From the NCBI RefSeq assembly GCF_004010195.1, contig NC_057718.1:31770204-31834203 (forward strand): 64,000 nt of DNA, in the 5' to 3' direction. Position 1 is the stretch's first letter; the number at the start of each line of letters is the position of its first letter. Both the position numbers and the translations under genes were made by a program. This document shows, piece by piece, positions 50,220 to 63,070 of the stretch. Under the pieces are notes generated by a model that did no database searches, had not been told where the DNA came from, and saw only the letters and a program-made list of their open reading frames with translations. This DNA is from Chiloscyllium plagiosum (lineage: Eukaryota).

Positions 50220-51022
50220 TTTGTGTCCCAATCCACCTCAGTGCCAGTAATCTGCCTAATTTGAATCATCTAGAAGGTTATTCCAATTTGGAGTCACCGA
50301 GTTCTGGGCAATTATAACTGAGTTTAGATTCATTGTGTTTTTTTAAGCTTTCCATTGTAAGCAGTGATGAATAGTGAAATAATTGGAAAAATATCCTAAT
50401 AACCCTAAAAATAAAGATTTTTTAATAACAAGCTATAATACAGTAACATTAATTCTGACAGTTTTCAGCTTCATGTTCAGAAACAATACTTTGATTAAAT
50501 TATTGATAAAAATACATTTCACAGTAAGACTTCCCAATGCTCCTGTTCCTTATGTTTATGTTATTTCTCAGAGATGTCAGCACATCTTATCCCATACTAT
50601 AGTAATGAACCTTTTTCACATGTTGGAAAACAGAATCCAGGAGAATAAAACGGGGCAATGGCACCCTAATCACAATTTACCACTGTCATGCCCAGGTTCA
50701 AATTATTAAAATGGGCCACTCCTGCTTATATCTAATAATTGAGCCAAGTGAATTTAAATTCAATATCCATTCCTCTACACAAATGACTGATGTGAAATGA
50801 ATCAGCTAAATAATTTTCATGAAGCCTCATTAAGTGATAACTCTGTCAGAGAGACTGAATATGAAAAACACAAATTTCTTCTCGACAAGGATGTTATGGC
50901 TATATCCCTGGGTCCACTATTTCATAGCAAAGATACAGCAACCAGAATCAACTCATATAAAAGACAGACAGACAGACAGACAATCAGACTACCTATGACA
51001 GCAGCTGAATCTTGAAGCTATC

Positions 51023-52870
51023 TATGGAGTCGCACTAGGCAAAGGCCTAAAGCTGAAAGGGGGAATGTTGTCTGAGAAACAAACTTGTAAGGAGATCTCA
51101 GCGATCTGTAAGAATAATAGGGTAGTTATGGTAGGGGATTTTAACTTTCCAAACATCGACTGGGACTGCCATAATGTTAAGGGTTTAGATGGATAGGAAT
51201 ATTTTAAGTGCATACAAGACAATTTTCTGATTCAGTATGTGAATGTACCTACTAGAGAAGGTGCAAAACTTGACCATCTCTTGGGAAATAAGGCAGGGCA
51301 GGTGACTGAGGTGTCAGTGGGGGTGGCACTTTGGGGCCAGCGACCATAATTCTATTCGTTTTAAAATAGTGATGGAAAAGAATAGACCAGATCTAAAAGT
51401 TGAAGTTGTAAATTGGAGAAAGGCCAATTTTGACGGTATTAGGCAAAAACTTTCAAAAGCTGATTGAGCGCAGGTGTTCGCAGGTAAAGGGATGGCTGGA
51501 AAATGGGAAGCCTTCAGAAATGAGATAACAAGAATCCAGAGAAAGTATATTCCTGTCAGGGTGAAAGGAAAGGCTGGTAGGTATAGGGAATGCTGGATGA
51601 CGAAAAAAATTGAGGGTTTGGTTAAGAAAAAGGAAGCATATGTCAGATATAGACAGGATAGATCGAGTGAATCCTTAGAAGAGCATAAAGGAAGTAGGAG
51701 TATACTTAAGAGGGAAATCTGGAGGGCAAAAAGGGGACATGAGATAGCTTTGGCAAATAGAATTAAGGAGAATCCAAAGGGTTTTTACAAATTCATTTAA
51801 GGACAAAAGGGTAACTAGGGAGAGAATAGGGCCCCTCAAGTTCAGTTAGGCAGCCTTTGTGTGGAGCCACAGAAAATGGTGAAGATACTAAATGAATATT
51901 TTGCATCAGCATTTACTGTGGAAAGGATATGGAAGATGTAGACAGTAAATAGATGGTGACATCTTGAAAAATGTCCATGTTACAGAGGAGGAAGTGCTGG
52001 ATGTCTTGAAACGGGTAAAGGTGGATAAATCCCCAGGACCTGATCAGGTGTATTCTCGAACTCTGTGGGAAGCTAGAGAAGTGATTGCTGGGCCTCTTGC
52101 TGAGATATTTGTATCATCGATAGTCACAGGTGTGGTGCCGGAAGACTCAAGGTTGGCAAACGTGGCGCCACTGTTTAAGAAGGGCAGTAAAGACAAACCA
52201 GGGAACTATAGACCAGTGAGCCTGATCTCGGTAGTGGGCAAGTTGTTGGAGGGAATCCTGAGGGACGGGATGTATATGTATTTGGAAAGGCAAGTTTGAT
52301 TAGGGACAGTCAACATGGCTTTGTGGGTGGGAAATCATGTCTCACAAACTTGATTGAGTTTTTTGAAGAAGTAACAAAGAGGATTGATGAGGGCAGAGCA
52401 GTAGATGTGATCTATATGGACTTCAGTAAGGCATTCGACAAGGTTCCCCATGGGAGACTGATTAGCAAGGTTAGATCTCATGGAATACAGGGAGAACTAG
52501 CCATTTGGATACAGAACTGGCTCAAAAGTTAGAAGACAGAGGATGGTGGTAGAGGGATGTTTTTCAGACTGGGGGCCTGTGACCAGTGGAGTACCACAAG
52601 GATCGGTGCTGGAATGGTATAAAAGAGACCTAAGGGGCAACATTTTCACACAGAGGGTGGTACGTGTATGGAATGAGCTGCCAGAGGAAGTGGTGGAGGC
52701 TGATACAATTGCAACATTTAAGAGGCATTTGGATGGGTATATGAATAGGAAGGGTTTGGAGGGATATGGGCCGGGTGCTGGCAGGTGGGACTAGATCGGG
52801 TTGGGATATCTGGTCGGCATAGACGGGTTGGGCCGAAGGGTCTGTTTTCATGCTGTACATCTCTATGACT
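51023..52870 (+). mobile_element. Young CR1 LINE (endonuclease to 3' end) with internal deletion
   Basis: VMVGDFNFPNIDW (APE), KSPGPDQVY..GNYRPVSLISVVGKLLEGIL, QHGFVGGKSCLTNLIEFFEEVT..YMDFSKAFDKVPH, and 3' tail ctctatgact. Confidence 0.95.
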
Positions 52871-55800
52871 ACTGTACACCTTATGTTATAACTTTCACGT
52901 TGGTATTTTATCCATGAAGAAGCATTTGTATCATTAACAGAACTTTTGAAAAAAGACTAGCAATTTGGACTCAGCAAACACCTATTACCTTTGCCAGCAG
53001 GGCATAAAAGTCACCTGGACGGCAATTTGCAAGTACTGGTTGCTGAAAAAAGTCTGATGCTAAAATCTGAAAACTCATTTGAAGAGAAAAAAAATCATTT
53101 GGCAAATTGCAATGAAAAACAGATGCTTTCTGATTCCTAACTGGAGGTGATGACAGAATTCCTCTGACACAATGCACTTGCTCATAATCATGCAACAGTT
53201 ATTTCTCAACTCTGATGACAAATCCAGTCACACCTGAAACCACCCAAACACAAACACCACAACTCTTCAGTAATGTTGAACGAGTTAATGATATCTGTTT
53301 TCAAACACCCACTTGCAGCAATTACCAAAGAGGTTCTTAATGTGTCCCACAGCTTAGCATACTTTACTCAACCATTTGTAAATATTTAAAAGTAGGTAAT
53401 TTGAATTTATTAAAAATAGCTAAAACTATAATTCAAGTAGAAGGAAACTAGAATGGCTGGGCTGTCAGCTAATGCTGCTCAGTAATGGCTAGAACTCTCC
53501 AAAAAAAAATTCTATTACCTGTTTCTGAAAGGCCACTTGAATTTTGACTTTTAACTTAGTACCTGTATATTAGAAATGCACAAAAATCAAAACACCTTTT
53601 TTATAGTGAAGTGAGCGCTCTATGAGGACTTGAAACCACTTTATTATTCCTTTTCATTTCTGACTCCAGATAGAACTAAATTGAAATTGCAAGTTGTAAT
53701 TCTTTTAAATTTAAAACTTAATACTTTGAGATTTAATCCAATATTGTCACTAAAATCTTTCTCAATTTTTCTTGACAAGTAATTACTGTTAGCGAAGCTG
53801 TGTTGGTGAAGAAGTGAAGCACAGGAGCACACACAAACTGCATAATCTCACCTTATTCTGGTTGTCTTACATTACCAAATTGTTAAATCCAATGAAGTAG
53901 TATGAAAATCAGACAATTCTTAATTATCGTTCAGACTACAGTTTGAGTTCGCAGAACACAGTTTGGGAGGGAAGGGGAGGAGAAAGCAAAAGGGAGACTA
54001 AAGTCCCAAAATAATATATTTTAAACTTTCAAGATTTTTGAACATGAATTGGGATAAGCATATAAAGCTTTGAACTTGGTAGTTTATTAATTTGGTATTA
54101 ATCAAGGTATTTGATTAAAATGAAACCTCTGATGAAATCAAACTCCAAAAGTATGAACATTCAAGTGACAGAAGGTACACAATCTATTAGAGCTAGTTTT
54201 AGATACTTAATAAAGTAAGAGGTTGAAAATGCTTTCTGTTCCCCTTTTTCTATTATTATTTTTGGCTGCATTCATTACTAGTGACCATACAAATGCAGAT
54301 AATGCTTTGCAGTCACCCGTTCAGGGTTGATCTGGGCCCACAGACTAAGCACAACAATGATGTCAACCGTCAGTGTGTTTCTATGGAGAAGTTGGACCAT
54401 ATTTCAATGAAATGCTTGAAATTTCTTCGCGATGACAAGGACCTTTGAACTGATCAATAAGTCGAACCTAGACTGAAGGTGACCAATCTCAATTGCAGGA
54501 GTTCCAGGGCAATGTTCACCATGTATAGGAAAGTGGAGGGCATCCAACACGCCCTAGTGAAGAAGTCTCTGTCACAGTGCTCCGATGTCACTAGCGTCAT
54601 CAATGCTTACACAGGTAGCGGTGGCCAACTTGGAGTTGGCAACACATTTTTTTTGTTAATTATCTCTGAGTAACGTAATTCAACATTTAAACTGCACAAC
54701 TGTTCTAAAACTGCACAAACATATGTTGGACAGTGTTGGAATTTAACAATTATCTAGAATGAGAGAATATCTATCACTTTGAACTTCTGAACTGATTTTC
54801 AATGATCTTCACTGTAAAAATTGAATTTGTTCTATTTAACAAGGAAAGCTCCACTGACATTTGCTTGAGCAAGCACATAGGGTCTTGATTCTGAAACTAC
54901 AATGATGCCCTGCCCAGGTAACACACTCAGGTCCTGGGGTAGGGTTGATGATACCTTTTTGACACAGGGACAAGAATTTCACCATCAAGTGCAGCTCAGA
55001 ATGAAAAAGTAGAATGGAGACAGCACTAAAACTTCAATCCACAAAATAATTTAGTAAATAAAACTCAGATGCAGTTTTATCTGAATTCTATTAACACCTG
55101 AACTTAGAGTTTTGATGAATAAATATTATGATGTCAGTTTCCGTAACTGACATCAGATCATTCAATTAAAAGTTGTGGAAATAATAATGAGAAGACTTCA
55201 ATCATGGCAAATTTAATTGAGATTCTTGGTATATAAAAATATAACAAATAACATATTCCAGCCTCAAGTTATATACTTCATTAGAATAAATGTCATTCGA
55301 CCCAAAGGACTGAATTTTGAGGGTTATTGTATTCCCTGAACTCCCCGAATTAAGAAATGTCAGTATGGAGTCCACGCACCAAGATCCTAATTGCCTTGCA
55401 GTCATTTCACACTCAGCAGGCCATTAACTACCTAATGTCAAACACTTCAACTTGTGGAGGGAGTTAAGTCCAAAGAAAAATTAATGACAGGCGGGGATAG
55501 ACGAGTATGCCACAAAGCATACTTAAGGCGGCATCTGCTGTCAGACATGTGTCAGTGTATGAGTGTAAATTAGACGAGTGCAGGTATCTCAGAGTTCTGA
55601 GTTGAATGCGAGTACAAAGATGAAACGCCAGACCAAAGAAGGATTTGAAAATGTTAAAGTCTAGATGTTGCTTGACTGAGAGCAGACATATGTCAATGAC
55701 TACAGAGATGCAAGACAAGATATGGGCAGCAGAGCAAAGCAGGAAAAGTTCTGCTGAATATTTCAGCCTAGGACTTTCGAAAAGAATCTTCTAAAATTTT

Positions 55801-56129
55801 CAAAAGTCAGTAATTTCTAATTCAGTTTGTTTTATTGCATGTTGTCCATCTATTTGAAGCAGTTTTAACTCTGTATTCTTTTTACCCAAGCCTCAATCAT
55901 TTTGTCAGGTTCATGTATTCAGCTTCAAAACAAACGTGCAGTTTACAGAACTACAAGATCGATGGCCAAAAATATCCTTCATAGTGACTCTTTCAATCTA
56001 GTAGCCTTGGGTATAGTCAACAATACGCTTTTTCAGACACAAACAGCTGTAGTCTTAGCACATTTTATTACAAGTATTCCCTTCTCTGGAAAAGCATTTT
56101 TATTTCGTCAGAATTCCACAGATATCAGT

Positions 56130-57715
56130 GGATAAGAGGCTAAGTCAGACTGTGGGAGTGTACATCATGAGAAAAGTAAGCTAGTCTGAAAGTATCCATT
56201 TTGGATTGATAAAGGATAGATCAGGGTACTTTCTGAATAGTACCAAGTTAAATACAATGGATGTCCAAAAGAGACTTGGGGGGGGAGCTTCAGGTACGTA
56301 GATATTTGAAATGTCAAACAGGTGCAGAAAATATTCAAGAAAGCTAATGAAATGCTGGCTTTTAAATCTAGAGGACTTGAACACAAGGATGCAGAGGTTA
56401 TGCTGCAGTTATACAAAACGTCAGCAAAACTAAAGAACTGATCACTAATTTACAAAGAAAAGAGGAGTACACGCCCCCATCTACATCAATAGAGCTGAGG
56501 TCAAGAGGCTGGAGAGCATTTAGTTCCTAGAAGTGACAATAACTGACAACCTATCCTGGACTTTCCATTTTAAGACGACACAGTCAAGACGACACTACTT
56601 CCTCAGGCGGCTCAGGAATTTGGCATGTCCATAAGAATCCGTAACAACTTTTACAGATGCACCATTGAAAGTATACTGTTTGGGTGCATAACAGCTTGGG
56701 ATGGCAACCGCTCTGCCCAGGAGCCTAAGACACTACAGAAGGTTGTGTGCGCAGCCCAGATCATCACGGAAGCCAACCTTCTATCCATGGACTCCATTTA
56801 CATGGCTCATTGCCACAGAAAGACTGCCAACATCATCAAAGACTCATCATACCCCCGTAATACTATTCCATCAGGCAGAAGATACAGACGCTTGGACACA
56901 TGCATCAACAGACTCAGGAATAGCTTCTTCCCTGTTGTTATAACACTGATGAATGGACTCTCTTACTTCAAATAATGCGGATCTTGCTAATGTTAATCTT
57001 GCCGAGCGCATGTTCTGAGCGATGTAACCTGTATGCCTTTGTCTAAGTTTTTTTTCAACCCTATGATCTATATGTCCTTGCTTACTATGATCTGCCTGAA
57101 GTGCTCATAAACAAAGCTTTTTACTATACTTTGGTAGACATGGCAATAAATAAATCAATAAGACCCTGGTTAGTCCCCACTTGAAATACTATAAGCAGAT
57201 CTAAGCACCAGATCTTAGGAAGGATATACTGGCCTTGGAGGAAACCTAACAATAGTTTACAAGAGTAGTTTACCTTGACTTCTGATTAAATTATGACAAG
57301 AAATTATACAAATTATTCCTGTTTTCTCTAGAATTTAGACAGGTGTGGGTGATCTGATCAAAGTTTTCAAGATATTAATAGGAAATTACAGGTTAGAAAA
57401 AGGTAAACCTTTTTCCATTTGCAGGGGATTCTAGAACAAGGGGGCATAGTCTTAAAATTAGGGTCAAACACTTCAAGAGAAATGTTGGGAAATACTTCTA
57501 CACACAAAGGTGTTGAATGTTTGGAACCCTCATCCACAAATGAAAGCGGATGATGAATCAGTTGTGAATTTTATGTCTGAGATCGATAATTTTTTAAGCA
57601 AAAGGATATGGGTCCAAGGCAGAGATATGGAGTTTGGCCACAGGTGAGCCATGATCTCAATGAATGGCAGGATAGGCTTGGGGGCCTGTACGGCTTACTC
57701 TTGCTCCTATGTAAC
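56130..57715 (+). mobile_element. Old CR1 3' fragment split by a Rex1-like insertion
   Basis: ...EVMLQLYK (56390-56418) resumes as 'accctggttagtccccacttgaaatac' (TLVSPHLKY) at about 57163. Confidence 0.7.
56420..57160 (+). mobile_element. Rex1/Babar-like LINE 3' end
   Basis: FLRRLR..NFYRCTIESILFGCITAWDGN..LQKVVCAAQIIT..IIKDSSYP..PSGRRYR..NRLRNSFFP, with tail caataaataaatcaat. Confidence 0.8.
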
Positions 57716-58619
57716 TATTAATATGCAGATTCGTCTGCTACAACATGACGCGGACAAGCTAAATGCCAAGAATTTTCGACGTGAAAGTCAGAGCTGGTAT
57801 CTGAAGCCTTCAGCTCACCAGTGGCTGTGAAGAATGTCCACGTTTCCCACCATGCAACAGCATCTTCAACACAATCCACAGGCACTAGCTGCACACAGCC
57901 CTCATCCACAGATCTGATATTTACCAAGCTTTCAGGGTCATCAATGTACCACTCCAATCCACTTGCAGAATGCTTAAGTAGAACAGGCTGGCATTGCAAG
58001 GTTCACCAGCATATAATGATGAATGGCTGTTACGAGGATACTTTGTACATACAGACAGGCACCCAGCTTACTGATTAGACCAAACATCATTAAGGTGGAA
58101 TTTCAAGGCTGAGGGGCCTGGAAATGGAATGTCTGGGTAGTGCAAAGTAAAAGAGGACATGGAAGCTCTGGTGATGTGAAAGTTTCCTGATAATCAAATA
58201 GAGAGTAGTGCTGACACTGTCACCGTGACCTGCATTCCCTACCAATCATTTGTCATTTACTAGATTCTGCCAGCAATGGCTGGAAAATGTCTGGGTCAAT
58301 CGTCAGGGTCAATCGTCAGGGTGGGCAGAGGCAGTGTCAGTTTTGATGGGTGAAAACACAGGATACAGGTCTGACCATAAAGACTACAAGGAAAAGTAAC
58401 AGGAGTAGGCCATTTAGTTGCTCTAACCTGCTCTGCCATTCAAGAAGATCACAGTTGACTCAACAATCAATAACACTTCTGTGCCTTTTCACCACAATCC
58501 ATGAAAATCCAACTGATCAAGAATCCACCTCAGCTTTAAATATACACAAGGACCCTGCCCCTCAGCTCTCTGTGACAAAGAGCTCCAAAAGGTCATGACC
58601 CTCTGAGAGAAGTCCACAG

Positions 58620-59530
58620 ATCCACAGCAATGTGGGTGACTCTCAATTGCCCTTTGAAATGGTTTAATATGCTACTTGGTTGTATCAATCGCTATGACGT
58701 CTCAACAAAGAAATGAAACTGGGCGGACTACCTGGCATCAACATAGACACCAGAACTGACAATAGCAATAACAGCTCAATCGATCCTGCAAAGTTCTTCT
58801 TACTAATATCTGGGGACTAGTGCCAAAATTGGGAGAGCTGTCTCACAAACCAGTCAAGCAACAGCCTAACATTGTCACAATCACGGGATCATACCTCGCA
58901 ATGTCCCAGCCAGCACCATCACCATCCCTGGATATGTCCTGACCCACCAACAGGGCAAATCCGGCAGAGGCGGCAGCACAGTAGTATACAGTCGGGAGGG
59001 ACTTGCCCTGGGGGTCCTCAACATTTACTCTGGACACCATGAGACTTATTCAAGTTTAAATAAGGACAAGGAAACCACCTGCTGATTACTATGTACCATC
59101 CTCCCTTGGCTGATGAATTAGTACTCCTTCATGCTGAACAAAACTTGGAGGAAGCACTGAGGATGGCATGGGCACAGATGTATACTGGGTGAGGATTTCA
59201 GTGTCCACCACCACGAACGGCCCAGCAGTACTACTACTGATCGAGCTGGCTAGGTCCTAAAGGACATAGCTAGGGATTGGGTTTGCAGCAAGTGGAAAGA
59301 ACATACTTGACCTCAACCTTAGCCATTTGCTGGCTGAAGGTGCAGCTTTCGATGACAGTATCAGTAAGAGTGACCATCGCACAGTCCTTGTAGAGACAAA
59401 GTCCCACCTCACATTGACAATACCCTCCATCGTGCTAACTGGCAAAGAATTTGAACAGATCTAGTTACTCAAGACTGGTGATCAGCAGCAGAATTGGATT
59501 CCAGAACAATCTGTAGCCTCATGGTCATTT
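58620..59530 (+). mobile_element. LINE 5'/endonuclease fragment (CR1/L2 group)
   Basis: LLTNIWGLVPKLGELSHKPVKQQPNIVTITGSYL (APE N-terminus) and an SDH motif at about 59370. Confidence 0.65.
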
Positions 59531-59724
59531 ATGAGGCTGTCTTTGTAGATGCTAGAATCAAAGAAGACTGGAATTCCAATCATAGACATTAATTAGATTA
59601 CCATAAGAGCAGAAATTAGCCATTTGACCCATCGTTTCTGCTCTGCCATTCAATCATGGTTGAATAGGTTTTTCCAACTCCATTTTCCCGCTTCCTCTCC
59701 GTAAACAGTTGTTTAACTTTGCTC

Positions 59725-59942
59725 TAGGTAAAAACAATGACTGCAGATGCTGGAAAGTAGAGTTTAGATTAGAGTGGTGCTGGAAAAGCACAGCAGTTGA
59801 GGCAGCATCCGAGGAGCAGTAAAATCGACGTTTCGGGCAAAAGCCCTTCATCAGGAATACAGGCAGAGTGCCTGAAGGGTGGACAGATAAATGAGAGGAG
59901 GGTGGGGGTGAGGAGAAAGTAGCATAGAGTACAATAGGTGAG
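59725..59942 (-). mobile_element. Penelope-like family A terminal repeat with intact hammerhead core (59827-59854)
   Basis: Reverse complement CTGATGA-A-GGGC-tttt-GCCC-GAA-ACGT-C; homologous to 2523-2748. Confidence 0.85.
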
Positions 59943-60400
59943 TGCTAAAGCTACTGCATTATTAATGAATTGTTAATTTTTTTTGTTTAAACTATAAACT
60001 CGGCATCATGTCTGTTATTCACAAAGTGTGGTATTTGTTGTATAAATATTATGGATAGGAAGCATTGGATTAATTTTGAGTGTCACTGAGTATTTGGATT
60101 TCATTGTGTTACAAATACAGGGATACAAAGTCTGATTTTATTTGGTTGTCCGTTTGTGTTGTAACAACACAAATATCTGAAATTCAAGGTCATAAACTGA
60201 ATCATAAAATTTTTACAGTACAGGGTTTCATCCATTATGCCTACGTCACTTTGTTGAAACAGATATTTAATAAATCCTGTTTCTTCCCACAGCCCCCTGA
60301 ATTTTTCAAGTAACCCAATTCCCTTTGAAAGCTGCAAAAAACAGAAGGTAAAATGAAGGTTATCTGCTTATTTACTTATATGTATCACTCTGCTACAAAC

Positions 60401-60418
60401 CTTGCCATCTACTGGACA
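60401..60418 (-). promoter_or_regulatory. CTCF-like motif
   Basis: Reverse complement TGTCCAGTAGATGGCAAG. Confidence 0.5.
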
Positions 60419-61875
60419 GATTAAAGGAAGTGCGGTTCCCAGCGTTGAAAATAATCACACTTTTAGACTTGAACACTGGAGCTTCACTGAACATGGTTCT
60501 CAAATCACGTCATATGATATAGACTGATGCACTGTTAGTCTGATACAGACAGTAGTGACGTGGTATTCTGGACACTTAGAGGCACAAGTGCACAAACATA
60601 TAGTTCCTAAATCATATCTGAATAGAACAGTACACCAAACTGCTTCTGAAGTGAGAGCGAGGGACCATTAAGTTAGTGAGGCAAAACATACGAACAATGC
60701 GAGAGGCAATTCACAAATAGACGACGGAATATGTATTTTGTCTATTGGAGGCACTGTAGCATGCCCCAAAGTGCATAAGGTACAACAAAAAGTAAGGAAG
60801 GTGATTGCTGAAGATCCAAAATGAAACAGCAAGAGTTGAAAATACCCAACAATTCATGCCGCATTCATATAGAAAGAAACAGATAACATTTCAACTTAAA
60901 AACACTTTGTAAGAGATCTATTGGGCCAAGTCTCAACTCTGCTTTCTGCTAAACTGAAGTATTTCTTTCAAAGAATTAGAGGTTACTTTTCTCCACTAGG
61001 AAAGAATAAGTTACAAAATAAACTAAATGGATTCTATAAAATATTATGCCTGCTGAGGTAATATTGTAATAAAGAACGAAGTAGATTCAGAATAAGCTTA
61101 TATTGTCTCTAAGACAGTGTACAGAAGCTGCTTCAAAAGAAATTTAAGCAGTGGGTCAGTAGCAAGTTTGGATCAAATAAGGAGTATGCTATGAAAACTA
61201 GAAGTATTATACAGTGTGCACTTCTCACATTATTCCCTTGACAACACTCTTTTGGGAGTTTTGAGCCAGTCAGAGATCAATCTGTGCCTGTAAACTATTT
61301 CATTTGCCTAGGGCACAGGTGTTTTCCCTGAGACATCTTTACTCTCCTTGTTGTGAATGAACTGGCTGTGATGATCCATTAACTCTCACATCCACAATGG
61401 TGATCAAAACAGCTATTCATTCACATTAGATCCCAGGAAGTACTTACTGAATTTCTGTTCCTTGTACTCACCAATTGTCAACCATCAATGGCCTGTTGAT
61501 GCAACTGTTCTCTGCTCAGATGTTAAGTAACTGGTACAGTTTATAACTATTTTGACTTTCGCTTCAGATTTGCAATATTTCATTGTTTTCTTTAAATGCA
61601 CCATGAACTTTCTCATGGGTTTGCATTAATCTGGCTCTTCCATGTGTTGATAATGTGGAGCTGAACAAGTCTTGAAGATTTAATCCTATGCCTTTTGAAC
61701 AGAAAATGGCAAGTTTAGGTTCCATTTGGGCAATGGTAATATCACTGAACAATTAACTCAGAAGCCCAGTCTAATGCTCTGGGGACATACGTTAAAATCT
61801 CACCACAACAATTGGAGGAATAGGAATTCAATCAATAAATTTGGAGCAAAATAGTTTAAATAATGGTAGCCATGA

Positions 61876-62097
61876 TTTGGAGGTGCTGGTGTTGGACTGG
61901 GGTGTACAAAGTTAAAAATCACAACACCAGGTTATAGTCCAACAGGTTTATATGGAAGCACTAGCTTTCAAAGCGCTGCTCCTTTATCAGGTGGTTGTCC
62001 TGAATGAACCACCTGATGAAGGAGCAGCACTCCAAAAGCTAGTGCTCTCAAATAAACCTGTTGGACTACAACCTGGTGTAGTGTGATTTTTAACTTT
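61876..62097. mobile_element. Penelope-like family B inverted terminal-repeat pair
   Basis: About 90-bp inverted arms 61908-61996 / 62007-62097. Hammerhead-like cac-CTGATGA-A-GGAG-cagca-CTCC-(a)AA-AGCT-A-gtg. TSD-like tttaaataatggt...catga on both sides. Confidence 0.8.
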
Positions 62098-62669
62098 AAA
62101 TAATGGTGATCATGACAACGATGATCTATTACTGTAAAAGCCAATTTGGGTTCACTAAGATCTTTTAGTGAAGAAAATTTTGCCATCCTTGCCTGGTCTG
62201 ATCTATGCAGACCCACAATGTAGTTGACTCTTATCTGCCCTTTGAAATGGTCAAGCTATTCAGTTCAAGGACAGTTAACAAAGTCAAAAAATGCTGGTGA
62301 TATCTGTGACATTCACACCCTATGAAAGAATGAAGAATAAAAATTCCAAATTTGAGTATAAATTCAGATACAGTACTGCCTCCTCAATGAAAGCAACACC
62401 AACATCTAGAATACTCAATTGCTTTTATTGAAGGGCAGTTCTTCAAGCTAACAATCTCTCCTGGAGCAACAGCAATGAAATAGATTAATGATGATTCACC
62501 TCATTGCAGCTTCCAGAACCACAATATGCTTTATGAATGATAACTGCACTTCAAAAGTACTGGATTGCCCTTGAAACTTTTGGGGACATCCTAAGATATT
62601 GATATGACACTTAAAATTATCTTGTTTATCCAAGTGGAAACTAATTTGATCTGCAACAACAGTAAAAAG

Positions 62670-63070
62670 GAAAAACATTAGCATTTATAGTTTTCTTGAT
62701 AAACATCCTCAAGTATTTGGCAAAGTACATTTTGAAATGTAGTTTGTTGTAATGTAGAAAATAGGACAATCAATATTGTACACAGACAGCAATGAAACAA
62801 TGACCTGATTTATCATTTTCTGTTAAGTCAGGGATAGATGCAATCCAAATCTCCCAGCTCTTCTTCAAATACTGCCAAACTATCTTCAAAATCCATCTCA
62901 GGAGACAGATGAAGGTGTAGGTTTAACATTTATCAAACGATGGCATTTACGATAGTGCAGCGTTCCCTCTGCATTGCGGACAGTGTCAGCCTAAATTTGT
63001 GCGCCCAAATCTCTGGATTGGCACTTGAAGGCAGACCAACTGAGCTGAAAGCATGAGCACTGAGTCAAGG
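62670..63070 (-). mobile_element. Deu-domain SINE, decayed
   Basis: ttgtaatgtagaaa...ctcccagctcttcttcaaatactgcca...ggtttaacatttatc..gatggcatttacgatagtgcagcgttccctc; homologous to 21795-22170. Confidence 0.65.

Noticed and set aside
58294..58321. 13-bp tandem duplication gggtcaatcgtca x2
   Set aside because: Ordinary slippage duplication.
54300..60880. Coding-looking patches at about 54300-54620, 55440-55790, 57720-58350 and 60430-60880
   Set aside because: No recognisable motif or sustained frame; probably very old transposon debris that I cannot classify.
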